A stretch of DNA of 63,876 nt, counting the filler, from Lama guanicoe (taxonomy: Eukaryota), in the NCBI GenBank assembly GCA_013239625.1. It is 79 parts of 78 records of this genome, joined end to end, with 100 filler letters (N's around TTAATTAATTAA, not from the genome) between each part and the next. Parts side by side here need not be neighbours in the genome. Positions count along the whole stretch, not along the records: positions 50,209 to 50,707 come from PNXV01014082.1; positions 50,808 to 51,692 come from MU055494.1; positions 51,793 to 52,367 come from MU055496.1; positions 52,468 to 53,274 come from PNXV01014089.1; positions 53,375 to 54,182 come from MU055500.1; positions 54,283 to 54,830 come from PNXV01014127.1; positions 54,931 to 55,445 come from PNXV01014130.1; positions 55,546 to 56,641 come from MU055502.1; 71 more parts are not named here. One strand, 5' to 3'. Below the pieces are notes generated by a model. It saw only the letters and a list, made by a program, of their open reading frames with translations, did not search any database and was not told where the DNA came from. This document shows, in pieces, positions 50,109 through 62,818 of this stretch (position 1 is the first letter of the stretch; every line of letters starts with the position of its first letter). A program made the translations under genes and the position numbers.

Positions 50109-50208
50109 NNNNNNNNNNNNNNNNNNNNNNNNNNNNNNNNNNNNNNNNNNNNTTAATTAATTAANNNNNNNNNNNNNNNNNNNNNNNNNNNNNNNNNNNN
50201 NNNNNNNN

Positions 50209-50707
50209 CTAAATCCTATATCCTGTATTCTATATTCTATATTCTATATTCTGTGTTAAGCATTCCATGTTCTATATTCTATATTCAGTATTCTGTATTC
50301 TGAATTCGAAATTCTGAGTTCTGCATTCGATGTTCTATATTGTATATTCAGTATTCTCAATTATATATTCTAAAATCTGTTTCTGCAATCTATGTTCTAA
50401 ATTCTGGGTTCTGTATTTTGTTATCCATATTCTATATACTTTGTTCTACATTCTATATTCTGTGTTCTATATTCTGCATTCCGTATTCTATATTCTATAT
50501 TCTGTGTTACTGTGTTCTACATTTCATATTCTAGGTTCTATATTCAGTATTCTGTATTCTATAATCTTAATTCTGTGTTCTGCATTCCATTTTCTAAATT
50601 CTCGGTTCTCCATTTTATATTCTCTATTCTATATTCTGTTTTCTACATTCTATATTCAATATTCTGTGTTCTACATTCTATTTTCTAAGTCCTATATTCA
50701 GTATTCT
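50209..50707 (+). repeat. Satellite A
   Basis: Heptamer array. Confidence 0.95.
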
Positions 50708-50807
50708 NNNNNNNNNNNNNNNNNNNNNNNNNNNNNNNNNNNNNNNNNNNNTTAATTAATTAANNNNNNNNNNNNNNNNNNNNNNNNNNNNNNNNNNNNN
50801 NNNNNNN

Positions 50808-51692
50808 CCGTTTATAAGTTCCTGCAATATACAGTGTAAAAAAGGGTTAGAGATTGCACCTAGCAATAAATATGTATGCAGTGGGGTTTGATAGTGAAAA
50901 GAAACCCTGTGTTTCCAACAAGCTGGATGAAGGATGAGTTTCACATACACTTATCTCTCAGAATTGAGTATGTGGAGAGATGTTCGTTCATCTAGCACAA
51001 GGGAACGGGTTACAGGAGAAATAATTACTCTGGTTTCCCAGTATGTTTCCAGTGCCAATTTGAACTTGCTGGAGATTTCACTGTAAAATACAGTTAGAGC
51101 TTGAACCTCCCGATATATAAGTATGCATTGGAGTATGCATCTAAAAAGAAACTTTGTGATCCAAACAAGCAAGATGAAGGACGGCTTTCACACAAACTTA
51201 TCTCTCATAACTGACCACGAGGAGAGACGTTCATTCATCCAGCACAAAGGGAACGGATTGCANNNNNNNNNNNNNNNNNNNNNNNNNNNNNNNNNNNNNN
51301 NNNNNNNNNNNNNNNNNNNNNNNNNNNNNNNNNNNNNNNNNNNNNNNNNNNNNNNNNNNNNNNNNNNNNNNNNNNNNNNNNNNNNNNNNNNNNNNNNNNN
51401 NNNNNNNNNNNTGAAGGGCGGCATTCACACACACTTATCTCTCCGAACTGAGTATGTGGAGAGACGTTCGTCCATCCAGCACAATGGGAACGTGTTGCTG
51501 GAGAAACTTTATCTAAGTTTTCTAAGTCTGTTTCCTAGTGCCGGTTTGAAGTGCCTGTTTTTTCACTGTAAAACAGAGTTGGAGCTTCATCCTCCCTATA
51601 CATATGTATGGAGAGGTGTTTGCAACGAAAAGAAACTTTGTGATCCCATAAATCTAGTTGATGGACGGCTTTCACACACACTTATCTCTCAG
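50808..51692 (-). repeat. Satellite C (diverged monomers)
   Basis: ggagaga.gttc.ttcatc.agcacaa.gggaac and gacggctttcacaca motifs recur. Confidence 0.92.
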
Positions 51693-51792
51693 NNNNNNNN
51701 NNNNNNNNNNNNNNNNNNNNNNNNNNNNNNNNNNNNTTAATTAATTAANNNNNNNNNNNNNNNNNNNNNNNNNNNNNNNNNNNNNNNNNNNN

Positions 51793-52367
51793 GAATATAG
51801 AACACAGAATATAGAATATAGAACACAAAATATAGAATATGATAAACAGAATACATAACTCAGAATTTAGAACATGGAATGCAGAACACAGAATCAAGAA
51901 TATAGAATATAGAATACTGAATATAAAATTTAGAATATAGGATGTAAAACACAGAATAAAGAATANNNNNNNNNNNNNNNNNNNNNNNNNNNNNNNNNNN
52001 NNNNNNNNNNNNNNNNNNNNNNNNNNNNNNNNNNNNNNNNNNNNNNNNNNNNNNNNNNNNNNNNNNNNNNNNNNNNNNNNNNNNNNNNNNNNNNNNNNNN
52101 NNNNNNNNNNNNNNNNNNNNNNNNNNNNNNNNNNNNNNNNNNNNNNNNNNNNNNNNTAGGATACAGAGAATATAGAATAAAGAATATACAATGTAGAACA
52201 CAAAATATAAAATATGGAAAACAGAATACAGAACCCAATATTTAGAACATTGAATGCAGAACATAGAATTTAGAGTATATTCAACAGAATACTGAATATA
52301 AAATTTTGAATATAGAAGGTAGAACACAGAATATGTAATGTAGATTACGGAATGAAGAATATTGAAT
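51793..52367 (-). repeat. Satellite A
   Basis: Heptamer array. Confidence 0.95.
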
Positions 52368-52665
52368 NNNNNNNNNNNNNNNNNNNNNNNNNNNNNNNNN
52401 NNNNNNNNNNNTTAATTAATTAANNNNNNNNNNNNNNNNNNNNNNNNNNNNNNNNNNNNNNNNNNNNCAGATACAACGGGAATCTCTGCACAGCACATGG
52501 CCTAGACTCAAGACACACTCAGCAGCTTCTGGTTTGTATAGTGGAGGCACTGCCCACCGATCTCCGTGTGGCCAATTATTTCGAGTTCGGGAGCACATGC
52601 AGAAGACATCTTGGCATCTTTCTAACAACGCTAAGCACCTGACTAATACCTGAGCACCCGTTCTC

Positions 52666-53131
52666 CAGGGGCTCTCAAACTTCTTGGCCTACAGACCCCT
52701 GTACACTCTTAATTACTTAGGACTCCAAAAGGCTGCTGTTTATGTGGGTTAAATCTATCAATAGTTCCTGTGTTAGAAGTTAAATAAGAACTTTAAAAAA
52801 TGCTTATGAGTTCACTTAAAAATAAAAACAACCTACTACATGATACCATTAATACTCTTAAGCAAAAAATAAGTATATTTTTCTAAACAAAATCATTAAT
52901 GAGAGGAATACAGTGATTTTAATTTCTGCAAATCTCTTTTGGACTGGTGAGAGCTGAATTCTATCTGCCTCTACATTACCTGTTTTGTGATATCACAGAC
53001 CAGGTTTTCCTTGGAAAACCCCACAGGAAACTCGGGAGTGCAAGAGTGTGCAAAAGGCAGGTGACTACCCGGCGTTTCTACTAAAATAGTCTTGCATCTC
53101 AGGGGCCTCGGACTCACTTTGATAACTACTG
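52666..53131. mobile_element. Non-autonomous hAT-Charlie element (Charlie1-related ends)
   Basis: Left end caggggctctcaaac and right end ctttgataactactg form imperfect inverted repeats; internal gacccctgtacactctta..tgtttatgtgggtta.atctatc. Confidence 0.7.
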
Positions 53132-53374
53132 CCCTACCCTAGGCGAGACCCTCCTACACAAGAGCCAGACAAGGGTCCTGGCTTCTTTAATGAAAGGGTC
53201 CTGTTTAATGAGTTACTGCCGCAAAACCCCTCCCTTCTCTGTGTTAATGTTTCCCACAACCTCCATTACTGCAGNNNNNNNNNNNNNNNNNNNNNNNNNN
53301 NNNNNNNNNNNNNNNNNNTTAATTAATTAANNNNNNNNNNNNNNNNNNNNNNNNNNNNNNNNNNNNNNNNNNNN

Positions 53375-54182
53375 GTATTCTAATTCCTATATTCAGTATT
53401 ATGTATTCTATATTTTGAATTCTTGTTCTACATTCTGTATTGAAATTCTAAATTCAGTATTCTTTATTCTGTATTCTAAATTCTGTGTTCTTCATTCCAT
53501 GATCTAAATTCTGCCTTCTATATTCTCTTTTTTATATTCTATATTTTGTGTTGTTCTTTCTTTATTCCACATTCTATATTCTGCATACGGTGTTCTATAT
53601 TATACATTCTGTGTTTTACATTCTATATTCGAAATTCTATATTCAGTATTCTGTATACTATAATCTAAACTCTGTATTCTGCATTCCATGTTCTAAATTC
53701 TGGTTTCTATATTCTCTACTCTATTCTATATTTTGTGTTTTTCATTCTAGATTCTACATACTTTAGTCTGCATTCTGTATTCTATATTCTATATTATGTG
53801 TTCTTCATTCTATATTCTAAATTCTATATTCTGTNNNNNNNNNNNNNNNNNNNNNNNNNNNNNNNNNNNNNNNNNNNNNNNNNNNNNNNNNNNNNNNNNN
53901 NNNNNNNNNNNNNNNNNNNNNNNNNNNNNNNNNNNNNNNNNNNNNNNNNNNNNNNNNNNNNNNNNNNNNNNNNNNNNNNNNNNNNNNNNNNNNNNNNNNN
54001 NNNNNNNNNNNNNNNNNNNNNNNNNNNNNNNNNNNNNNNNNNNNNNNNNNNNNNNNNNNNNNNNNNNNNNNNNNNNNNNNNNNNNNNNNNNNNNNNNNNN
54101 NNNNNNNNNNNNNCTGTATTCTATTTTCCATAATCTATATTCTGTGTTCTACATTCTATATTCTGTATTCTTTTTTCTGCAT
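53375..54182 (+). repeat. Satellite A
   Basis: Heptamer array. Confidence 0.95.
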
Positions 54183-54454
54183 NNNNNNNNNNNNNNNNNN
54201 NNNNNNNNNNNNNNNNNNNNNNNNNNTTAATTAATTAANNNNNNNNNNNNNNNNNNNNNNNNNNNNNNNNNNNNNNNNNNNNTGTACACTCAGCAACTCT
54301 TTCAAGTGAAATGCTCTTGTCAAATTCATTTAACCCACATTTGCCGATCACCTGCTTTCATGCTGAGGGCAGTTTCTTCTTCCTGTAATTAAAGTTAGCA
54401 ATTTGCATTTACTATTTGAAGGTTTTGGCCCGAGGTGCTTTTGTCCTTAACAGT

Positions 54455-54830
54455 TTTAATACAATTCACCCATTAAAATGTACAGCGGTTTTTACTCTAT
54501 GCCCAGAAATGTGCATCGCAGTCAATCTTAGAACATTTTCATCCCCCAACAGGAAGACCCGTATGCACAAGTAGTCTTTCCCATCTTCCCCATCCTCCCC
54601 CAGCCCCAGACAGCCACTGTTCTCTCTCTATGGATTTGCCTGTGCTGGACATTTCATGTAAAACGAGTCATTTCATGTAAATGGAACCATCTATTGTGAC
54701 TGACTTCTTTCACACTGAGTAACCTTAAAAAAAAATGGAACCTTGTGACTGACTTCTTTCACACTGAGTAACCTTTTCAAAGTTTGTCCAAGTTGTGGCC
54801 TGGGTCAGTACTCTATACTTTGCTATTGCT
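54455..54830 (-). mobile_element. Old LINE-1 3' end (L1MB-like, antisense) with a small internal duplication
   Basis: aattcacccattaaaatgtaca, ttagaacattttcatcccc and ctatggatttgcctgtgctggacatttcat; tgtgactgacttctttcacactgagtaacctt occurs twice. Confidence 0.8.
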
Positions 54831-56741
54831 NNNNNNNNNNNNNNNNNNNNNNNNNNNNNNNNNNNNNNNNNNNNTTAATTAATTAANNNNNNNNNNNNNN
54901 NNNNNNNNNNNNNNNNNNNNNNNNNNNNNNGATTCCACAAGAGGCTGAGACAGGAAGTATGAGGCAGAGAAAAATTCCTTGAAGAGTTTCCCGAGTCTGG
55001 GTGCCAGGAAGGGTGATGGCCGAGCGCGGTCCCAGCGCCACCCGCACCACAGGGCTCTGAGTGGCTGTGGAGCTGCGCGCCCCCGGCCGGACCTCAGACC
55101 TGCCTGCAGCGCTCCGGGCTGTGGCCTGGGGAGCGGCTTCAGCAGCAGGCTGTCCCCGTCATTCTCGTAGGTGCTGCAGTGACTCCCATCCCTGTATCCC
55201 AAGCCAAGGGTCTAAGTGACTTCAACCCTATTTACAGGTGACCACAGCCCGTTAGCCTGTGCTGCTCAAAAGGAGGATCCCACATGGGGTTTTGCTGTGT
55301 CAGGGGGTTGCTAATACCTGGCCTGCTTTGAATTGTTTCATCCTGACAGCAGCCTGGGCGGTGGAAGATTCATCCCCCAATTTTATTTCAACTATATGTT
55401 GAAAGTATAATTCCTTTACAATACTGTGTTAATTCTTGGTGTACANNNNNNNNNNNNNNNNNNNNNNNNNNNNNNNNNNNNNNNNNNNNTTAATTAATTA
55501 ANNNNNNNNNNNNNNNNNNNNNNNNNNNNNNNNNNNNNNNNNNNNGAAATTTGCAGGGATCTTATTCTGTACTCATCCCTTTTTGTCTTTGGGAACTCAG
55601 GAAATTTGCCTCCTCTCCTTGAGTGTCATTTTCCTCAACCTTCAAATGGGAGTGTAACAGTCATTCATTTGCTCAGTGTCTATTTGACAACAGGAGACGG
55701 CTTATGAAAACAACAACAAAAAAAGCAAAACAGCAATTCTCATCTGTGCTGTCTTCCTCCTCCTCCCTGAACATGAACTTACAGGGTAAAATGGCATCTT
55801 TCACTAAACCCCGAACTTAAGGAGCAGTTCTGATAAGGAAGTCACAGAACTGCCGTGTAACTGAGAAATGACCTGGTGAAAAAGAATGAGTTACCAGCAA
55901 ATCCTCAAAACACGTAAGGGTGCAAACCCTGGGAGCTACAGGCATGGGTGAGAGTTCCTTAGTTCCCCATTTCACAACGCCGAGAATTTTTCAGGGTCCA
56001 TGAAAGACACAGCCCCGTACAACCACGCCATGTTTTGGAGTACACCGAGGCCACATCACTGCTGACATGCACTTCTGTGTGTCCCAGAGCAAGAGCCCTG
56101 GGCGGGGGTCACTGTGTTTGAGGCTGAACAAGAACTTCCTGTTCTGTCTCTTTTGCTCTCTCTCTTCCTGCAATAAAACAACAAGGACTATGGTGGGGAG
56201 CACTGCACCCACATTCTCTGGCAAACCACACACTAGGCAGCTCTAGATGATCTGAGAGAGGACCCTTCAATGAACATATATACACCAAAGTCAGGCAGAA
56301 GGCTGCCTGTGACCTTGGGAATCCAAACCATCTTGTCCTGTTAATCAGCATANNNNNNNNNNNNNNNNNNNNNNNNNNNNNNNNNNNNNNNNNNNNNNNN
56401 NNNNNNNNNNNNNNNNNNNNNNNNNNNNNNNNNNNNNNNNNNNNNNNNNNNNNNNNNNNNNNNNNNNNNNNNNNNNNNNNNNNNNNNNNNNNNNNNNNNN
56501 NNNNNNNNNNNNNNNGAAACTCCAGTTTACTCACAAAGGCAGACAAGTTAGGTGAGCCAGCTCAGCCTTTATTCCAACTTCCTAACCAAAAGGCTATGAG
56601 GTTGAAAATATATTTCTCAGACTCTTCTGCAGCAAAGCAAGNNNNNNNNNNNNNNNNNNNNNNNNNNNNNNNNNNNNNNNNNNNNTTAATTAATTAANNN
56701 NNNNNNNNNNNNNNNNNNNNNNNNNNNNNNNNNNNNNNNNN

Positions 56742-57636
56742 TTTTCATAATGTCTCTGTGCCAGGGAACGCTAGGGGGGTTTGCAGGAAGCCCCAGTGAC
56801 AGAGGCTGCCTACCCAAGGTCAGGGAAATTTTTTCTCAGGCTTCCCCGAACAGGGAACACCTGTGACTGAAGAGAGCTGCGTGGAGTTGTCTCTCGAGCT
56901 CCCCCACGCACTGACAATGGTTCCGGAATCCTGAGCGTGGGGAGGTTCCACCAACNNNNNNNNNNNNNNNNNNNNNNNNNNNNNNNNNNNNNNNNNNNNN
57001 NNNNNNNNNNNNNNNNNNNNNNNNNNNNNNNNNNNNNNNNNNNNNNNNNNNNNNNNNNNNNNNNNNNNNNNNNNNNNNNNNNNNNNNNNNNNNNNNNNNN
57101 NNNNNNNNNNNNNNNNNNNNNNNNNNNNNNNNNNNNNNNNNNNNNNNNNNNNNNNNNNNNNNNNNNNNNNNNNNNNNNNNNNNNNNNNNNNNNNNNNNNN
57201 NNNNNNNNNNNNNNNNNNNNNNNNNNNNNNNNNNNNNNNNNNNNNNNNNNNNNNNNNNNNNNNNNNNNNNNNNNNNNNNNNNNNNNNNNNNNNNNNNNNN
57301 NNNNNNNNNNNNNNNNNNNNNNNNNNNNNNNNNNNNNNNNNNNNNNNNNNNNNNNNNNNNNNNNNNNNNNNNNNNNNNNNNNNNNNNNNNNNNNNNNNNN
57401 NNNNNNNNNNNNNNNNNNNNNNNNNNNNNNNNNNNNNNNNCCGGATTCCTGAGCGTGGGAAGGTTCCACCAACGGTCGGCAGCGCGTGGGTTCTAACGGA
57501 ATGCCTAAGCTCGTCTCCCCTGAGGGTTTTCCTAATGTCTCTGTGCCAGGGAATGCAAGCAGGGTTTGCAGGAAGTCCCAGTGATACAGGCTGCCTCCTC
57601 AAGGTCAGGGAAGGTATTTCTCGGACTTCCCCTAAC
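56742..57636 (-). repeat. Satellite B
   Basis: Canonical monomer on both sides of an N gap. Confidence 0.96.
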
Positions 57637-57736
57637 NNNNNNNNNNNNNNNNNNNNNNNNNNNNNNNNNNNNNNNNNNNNTTAATTAATTAANNNNNNNN
57701 NNNNNNNNNNNNNNNNNNNNNNNNNNNNNNNNNNNN

Positions 57737-58250
57737 ATGAAGACAAGAAGTTAATGTTCATAACATACGAAGAGCTGTCAAAAAGCAACAAGAAGGTCCC
57801 TCACTTAAGTGTGTGCAAAGGACAAAAGGAATCATTCATTTTAAAAAATTCAAATCGCTAATGAGTAAAAAATGCTCAATACCTCACTGGTCATCAAGTG
57901 CAAACTAAAATAATGAAAAAGCACTTTTGCTCATCATATGCGCAAATATTTTTAATAGATATTCTAGCTAGTGTCCATCTGTGGGAGAACAAACCATGAG
58001 CGACATTTTCGGAGGACGACATGTCAATGGATATGTAAACTCAACTCTGAAAAACGTACGTACACACTGACTCAACACCACTTCTAGGAATCGTTTCCTT
58101 TAGGAAAAAGTAAAATTCAGTCCACAAAGATGTATCAGTCAGGGCATTTACACAACACTGTTTACAATGGTGAGAAGAAAAACTGAAGTGAAGTCATATC
58201 CAGCAATAGAGAATTGGTTACATAAGTAATTGTGCATCTTTTCATTCCCC
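57737..58250 (+). mobile_element. Ancient LINE-1 (L1ME-like) ORF2 3' relic
   Basis: aaaatgctcaatacctcactggtcatcaa.tgcaaactaaa, ccacttctaggaat and cactgtttacaatgg. Confidence 0.65.
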
Positions 58251-59618
58251 AATGGAGAAGGAATTTCTAGAGTCACTTGAAAGGAGTCTGTGATGAATGT
58301 AAATGTCACATCCAGAGACTAAATTTCCAGAAGCCTTAACTAAAGGAATACTCATTCAAGATCACAGGAATGTCTGTACAAGAAGGATCCCAGTCAAACA
58401 TCCTTTCTGACAGTGGAAAATGGAAAAAACTTAACTGTCCACCATCAAAACAATGATGTGGTAAATCACGGCGAGCTGCGAGCACTGAGGGAGCCGGCGT
58501 TTCACCGTGGTCCAGGGCCTTGTCCACAGCATTCTCCCACCAAAGTGTGCGTGGACAAGAGACCACACCCGCACATCAGGAGACCCCTCCAATCTGTCTG
58601 AAAGGACCGGGTGAGTCTTTAGCGGGAGGACGTCTATGATATACANNNNNNNNNNNNNNNNNNNNNNNNNNNNNNNNNNNNNNNNNNNNTTAATTAATTA
58701 ANNNNNNNNNNNNNNNNNNNNNNNNNNNNNNNNNNNNNNNNNNNNTGATTGTCATACTAGGAGTGAAATGCTATTGCAATTTCATATAAGATGCTGCTAA
58801 ATGTCATAAAATGTATAAGTCAGCATCCCTCCTCAATCCCCCCACCACAGACACACACACAAGCACAATCCCATCCAAAATGGCAATAATGCCAAAGTCC
58901 AGAAACCCTGGTCTAGAGGAGCCAGGCCTTCCTTACCAGATCAGGAACAATGGTTTTTGCTGTCAGTCTTCAAATTGTGTAATGAAATCCCAATGACACT
59001 TCTATAATTGAAACAGAATGGTTGTGCTTAAATTTACACTACTCTATTATAACAAAATAATGTTATCCTATTTAAAATTTACAGGGAACAGATTTCAAAT
59101 GATTTAGGGTAGAATCTGTTATTCAAAGGGAAAAAAATAGGCCCAGGTCCCAAGTGTGGGATTCCATGAAAAAACTTACATTATACATTTACCATTTACT
59201 ATAATAAACCCTCCCTTATTATATAATTTTAGTTTTATAAAGAAGCTTTCATGTACCTTGCTATTAACAATAGCCCCAAATCACTGCTTAAAAAACTCAT
59301 CTGCTACCCAAGTTGTAAATGAATCATTTCCTTGTGATGTCAGGAATCTTGGGGCCCATAAAAGGAATTTTTTTAGTGTCTATCAGAGTACACTACAAAA
59401 CAAATATCATTAAGCATATGGAAAGAAATACAATGTTCTTGCTTTTTGTGAAGACTTAGAAAAAACACATATTTAATAAGATCCTCACACTGAACTTTAT
59501 ACTAAGTTATGTGTAGCTNNNNNNNNNNNNNNNNNNNNNNNNNNNNNNNNNNNNNNNNNNNNTTAATTAATTAANNNNNNNNNNNNNNNNNNNNNNNNNN
59601 NNNNNNNNNNNNNNNNNN

Positions 59619-60053
59619 ACATATAGATTGAGAGTGAAATGATGGAAAAGTGTATTCCATAAAATTGTAAAAGCCAAACAAGTAGGTGTTGCAGTACTGA
59701 TTGCAGACAAAATACTCTTTAAAACAAAGGCCATAAAGTAAGATAAAGAAGGACATTTTATAGTGATTGAAGGAGTGATACAATATGACGATAGCACACT
59801 CGTTAATACATATGCACCAAATAGAGGAGCAAATAAGTACATAAAATAATTACTAACAGATTTAAAGGGGGATGTATATTTGTAGATTTCAACACTGCAT
59901 TAACATCACTGGACAGATCATCGAGACAGAAAATAAATTAGGCAACAGAGAAGTTAAATAATAAAATACAAATATTAGACTTGGTGGAACAATGCACCCC
60001 CCACAAAATAGGATATACATTCTTTTGAAGTGCACATGGAATATTTTCCAGGA
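59619..60053 (+). mobile_element. LINE-1 ORF2 endonuclease-domain fragment
   Basis: GVAVLIADK, DKEGHFIVIEG, NTYAPNRGA, DFNTAL..LDRSSRQKIN, SAHGIFSR. Confidence 0.95.
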
Positions 60054-60153
60054 NNNNNNNNNNNNNNNNNNNNNNNNNNNNNNNNNNNNNNNNNNNNTTA
60101 ATTAATTAANNNNNNNNNNNNNNNNNNNNNNNNNNNNNNNNNNNNNNNNNNNN

Positions 60154-60659
60154 TGAGATTGATCTAACAAAGACAATCTCTGTCCTGCCACCCCTTTTCA
60201 GGGAAGAATGCACCAGGTGATCTAAAAGACCTAGGAACATCCTGAGCCATTAAGCTACTGATGATCTTTGAACAGAGAGATACAATCAGCATACAAGTTA
60301 GTGATTTTAGTTTATAGAAACATTAACCTTAGTAATGATCTTGGAGTGGGAACATATACCCTAGTTTATGAGTATTATAAACAACATTGATCTATAGAAC
60401 AATGCACAAGTTAATGAGTTTAGTACACACTGTGTTTAAACCATAAAACAATACCTGTGCCTACGTGCAAGAATGCACTAGGTAGTCACTTGAATTTGTA
60501 TAAATTAACTGCCTGAAATAAACTCGAGGTCTACTCTTGGCTTAGCGACTTGCGGGCTAGAGTGAGACCCTCTCAACCCCACCTTCTAGTCTTGTCTTTC
60601 TTTTCTCAGTCCTGCGGCACAGGTTTCTGGACCTGATCGATTGTCGGCTGGCTCCGACA
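60154..60659 (+). mobile_element. 5' LTR of an endogenous betaretrovirus (left end may be truncated)
   Basis: TATAAA at 60499-60504 closely followed by AATAAA at 60517-60522 (short-R layout); ends in CA at 60658-60659, two bases before the PBS. Confidence 0.85.
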
Positions 60660-60661
60660 AG

Positions 60662-60679
60662 TGGCGCCCGAACAGGGAC
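60662..60679 (+). promoter_or_regulatory. Retroviral primer-binding site, tRNA-Lys3
   Basis: Exact TGGCGCCCGAACAGGGAC, the 18-nt Lys3 PBS used by MMTV and HIV-1; candidate major splice donor GTAAGT at 60740-60745. Confidence 0.95.
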
Positions 60680-60770
60680 CTGAAATCTGGAGGAGTTCGC
60701 TGCGTGAAGAAACGGAGAGCTCTCGACTTTAGAATAAGAGTAAGTCTCCGCGGGGAGTGTGTATGAGAGC

Positions 60771-61093
60771 ATGGGGCAAAATAATAGTAGGGGCTTATTT
60801 GTACAGATGCTTAGAGTTAAGCTAAAAGAAAGAGGAATTCAGGTTACAAAGCAACTTTTAGAACAATTTCTTGTTTTTGTGGAGGAAATTTGTCCTTGGT
60901 TTCCAGAACAACGTACTGTTAATTTAGAAACCTGGAGGACTGTTGGAGTTCGTTTAAGAGACTATTATACAGCCAATGGCCCAAACAAATTGCCGGCTAC
61001 TATCTTTCCTTTATGGCATTTAATTCGAGATTGCCTCGACCCGGCAACCGAAGGGGAAAAATTAGAAACAGTCAAAATAGTAAATACTGAACC
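60771..61093 (+). CDS. gag: Betaretroviral Gag, matrix domain (partial, open to contig end)
   Basis: MGQNNS myristoylation motif; CPWFP, TVNLETW..VG and W.LIRDCLD are collinear with JSRV/ENTV-type matrix; no stops in 107 codons. Confidence 0.93.
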
Positions 61094-61193
61094 NNNNNNN
61101 NNNNNNNNNNNNNNNNNNNNNNNNNNNNNNNNNNNNNTTAATTAATTAANNNNNNNNNNNNNNNNNNNNNNNNNNNNNNNNNNNNNNNNNNNN

Positions 61194-61882
61194 TTCTGAG
61201 GCTTGATCAGACTAAAGATCAAGATGTTTGATGAGACCCTAGATATTGGTGTGCTGTTTCATCAAATGACAAAAAGTCAAGTTGTCTGTCTATTTTTGAG
61301 GTGTTAGCAGCAATGACATTCAATGCTTAGATTGGTTAATCCATTTGGGGGTGAAGAAGGATGATATTTTAATTACATCATTTCTTTTTCACATATCAGC
61401 TGGTTTAATTTTGTAAAGAGACACTTCCCTTCATCTACTGTTGGGTCACCCATACACTTATCCATTAACAATGAATTGCTACTCTGTCATCTTGCGAAGA
61501 TAATGAATTTTAAAAACCAAAATGAAGTCAAGGATTAAAACCTATTTGACAGATTACAGTGCACTGCAGTTATTGTATTGTCTGCTGTTCAAACTGTCTC
61601 ATCTTGTCACCAGTTAGAACCCCTTCAGGTTAGGTTTTAAGTTCTTTTGATGTGATCCTTGTAGTCTGAACGCTTCCTTGACATCTGGTTTGGCAAAATG
61701 TTTCAAGCTTATCTTGTATGTTTCCTGCCCAGGACTAGAATCAGTNNNNNNNNNNTGTTTCCTGCACTAGAATCAGTAATTTCTCCAAGAAACCTTAGTT
61801 TCTTTTAGTGGGAAATAATATTGAATACTAAATATTTGACACTGGTATCCCCCGTGCTTCTGGCTTGATCATTGTATTGTTT
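61194..61882 (-). mobile_element. Old LINE-1 3' UTR (L1MC/L1MD-like, antisense)
   Basis: caagcttatcttgtatgtttcctgcccaggactagaatcag and ttctccaagaaaccttagtttcttttagtgggaaat. Confidence 0.7.
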
Positions 61883-62077
61883 NNNNNNNNNNNNNNNNNN
61901 NNNNNNNNNNNNNNNNNNNNNNNNNNTTAATTAATTAANNNNNNNNNNNNNNNNNNNNNNNNNNNNNNNNNNNNNNNNNNNNACTAGAAAGAGAGACCCC
62001 TTGTAAGGTACTTGTAAGGCAATTGTTACCCTCTTCCAACAAGTAGGATAAATTTACTGCTTAGAATCCAGCCCAAC

Positions 62078-62718
62078 TTTTTTTTTATTGAAGTAGAATC
62101 AATTTACAATGTTGTGTTAATTTCTGGTGCACAGCATAGTGATTTATATATATATAAATTTATACATTTATATATATTCTTTTTCATTATAAGCCATTAC
62201 AGGCTGTTGAATACAGTTCCCTGTGCTATACAGTAGGACCTTGTTGTTTATCTATTTTATATATAGTAGTTAGTATCTGAAAATCCCAAAGTCCCAGTTT
62301 CTCTCTCCCCACCCTCTTTCCCTCCTGGTAACCATAAGTTTGTTTTCTTTGTCTGTGAGTCTGTCTCTGTTTTGTAAATAAGTTCATTTGGTCTTTTTTG
62401 TTTATTTGTTTGTTAAGATTCCACATAGAATTGATATTATGTGGTATTTTTCTTTCTCTTTCTGGCTTACTTCACTTAGAATGATGATCTCCAGGTTCAC
62501 CCATGCTGCTGCAAGTGGCATTATTTTATTCTTTTTTGTGACTGAATAGTATTCCATTGTATACCACAACTTCTTTATCCAGTCATCTGTCAATGGACAT
62601 TTAGGTTGCTTCCATGTCTTGGCTGTTGTAAATAGTGCTACATAAACATTGGGATGCATGTATCTTTTCGAATTAAGAGTTTCCTCCAGATATATGCTCA
62701 GGAGTGGGACTGCTGGAT
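62078..62718 (-). mobile_element. LINE-1 3' end (ORF2 C-terminus, 3' UTR, poly-A as T-run at 62078)
   Basis: Minus-strand ALFTTAKTWKQPKCPLTDDWIKKLW..MEYYS..LEIIILSEVSQKEK. Confidence 0.96.
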
Positions 62719-62818
62719 NNNNNNNNNNNNNNNNNNNNNNNNNNNNNNNNNNNNNNNNNNNNTTAATTAATTAANNNNNNNNNNNNNNNNNNNNNNNNNN
62801 NNNNNNNNNNNNNNNNNN

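Noticed and set aside
54931..55202. GC-rich minus-strand ORF (DGSHCSTYENDGDSLLLKPL...)
   Set aside because: No recognisable family and poor splice signals; not supportable without a search.
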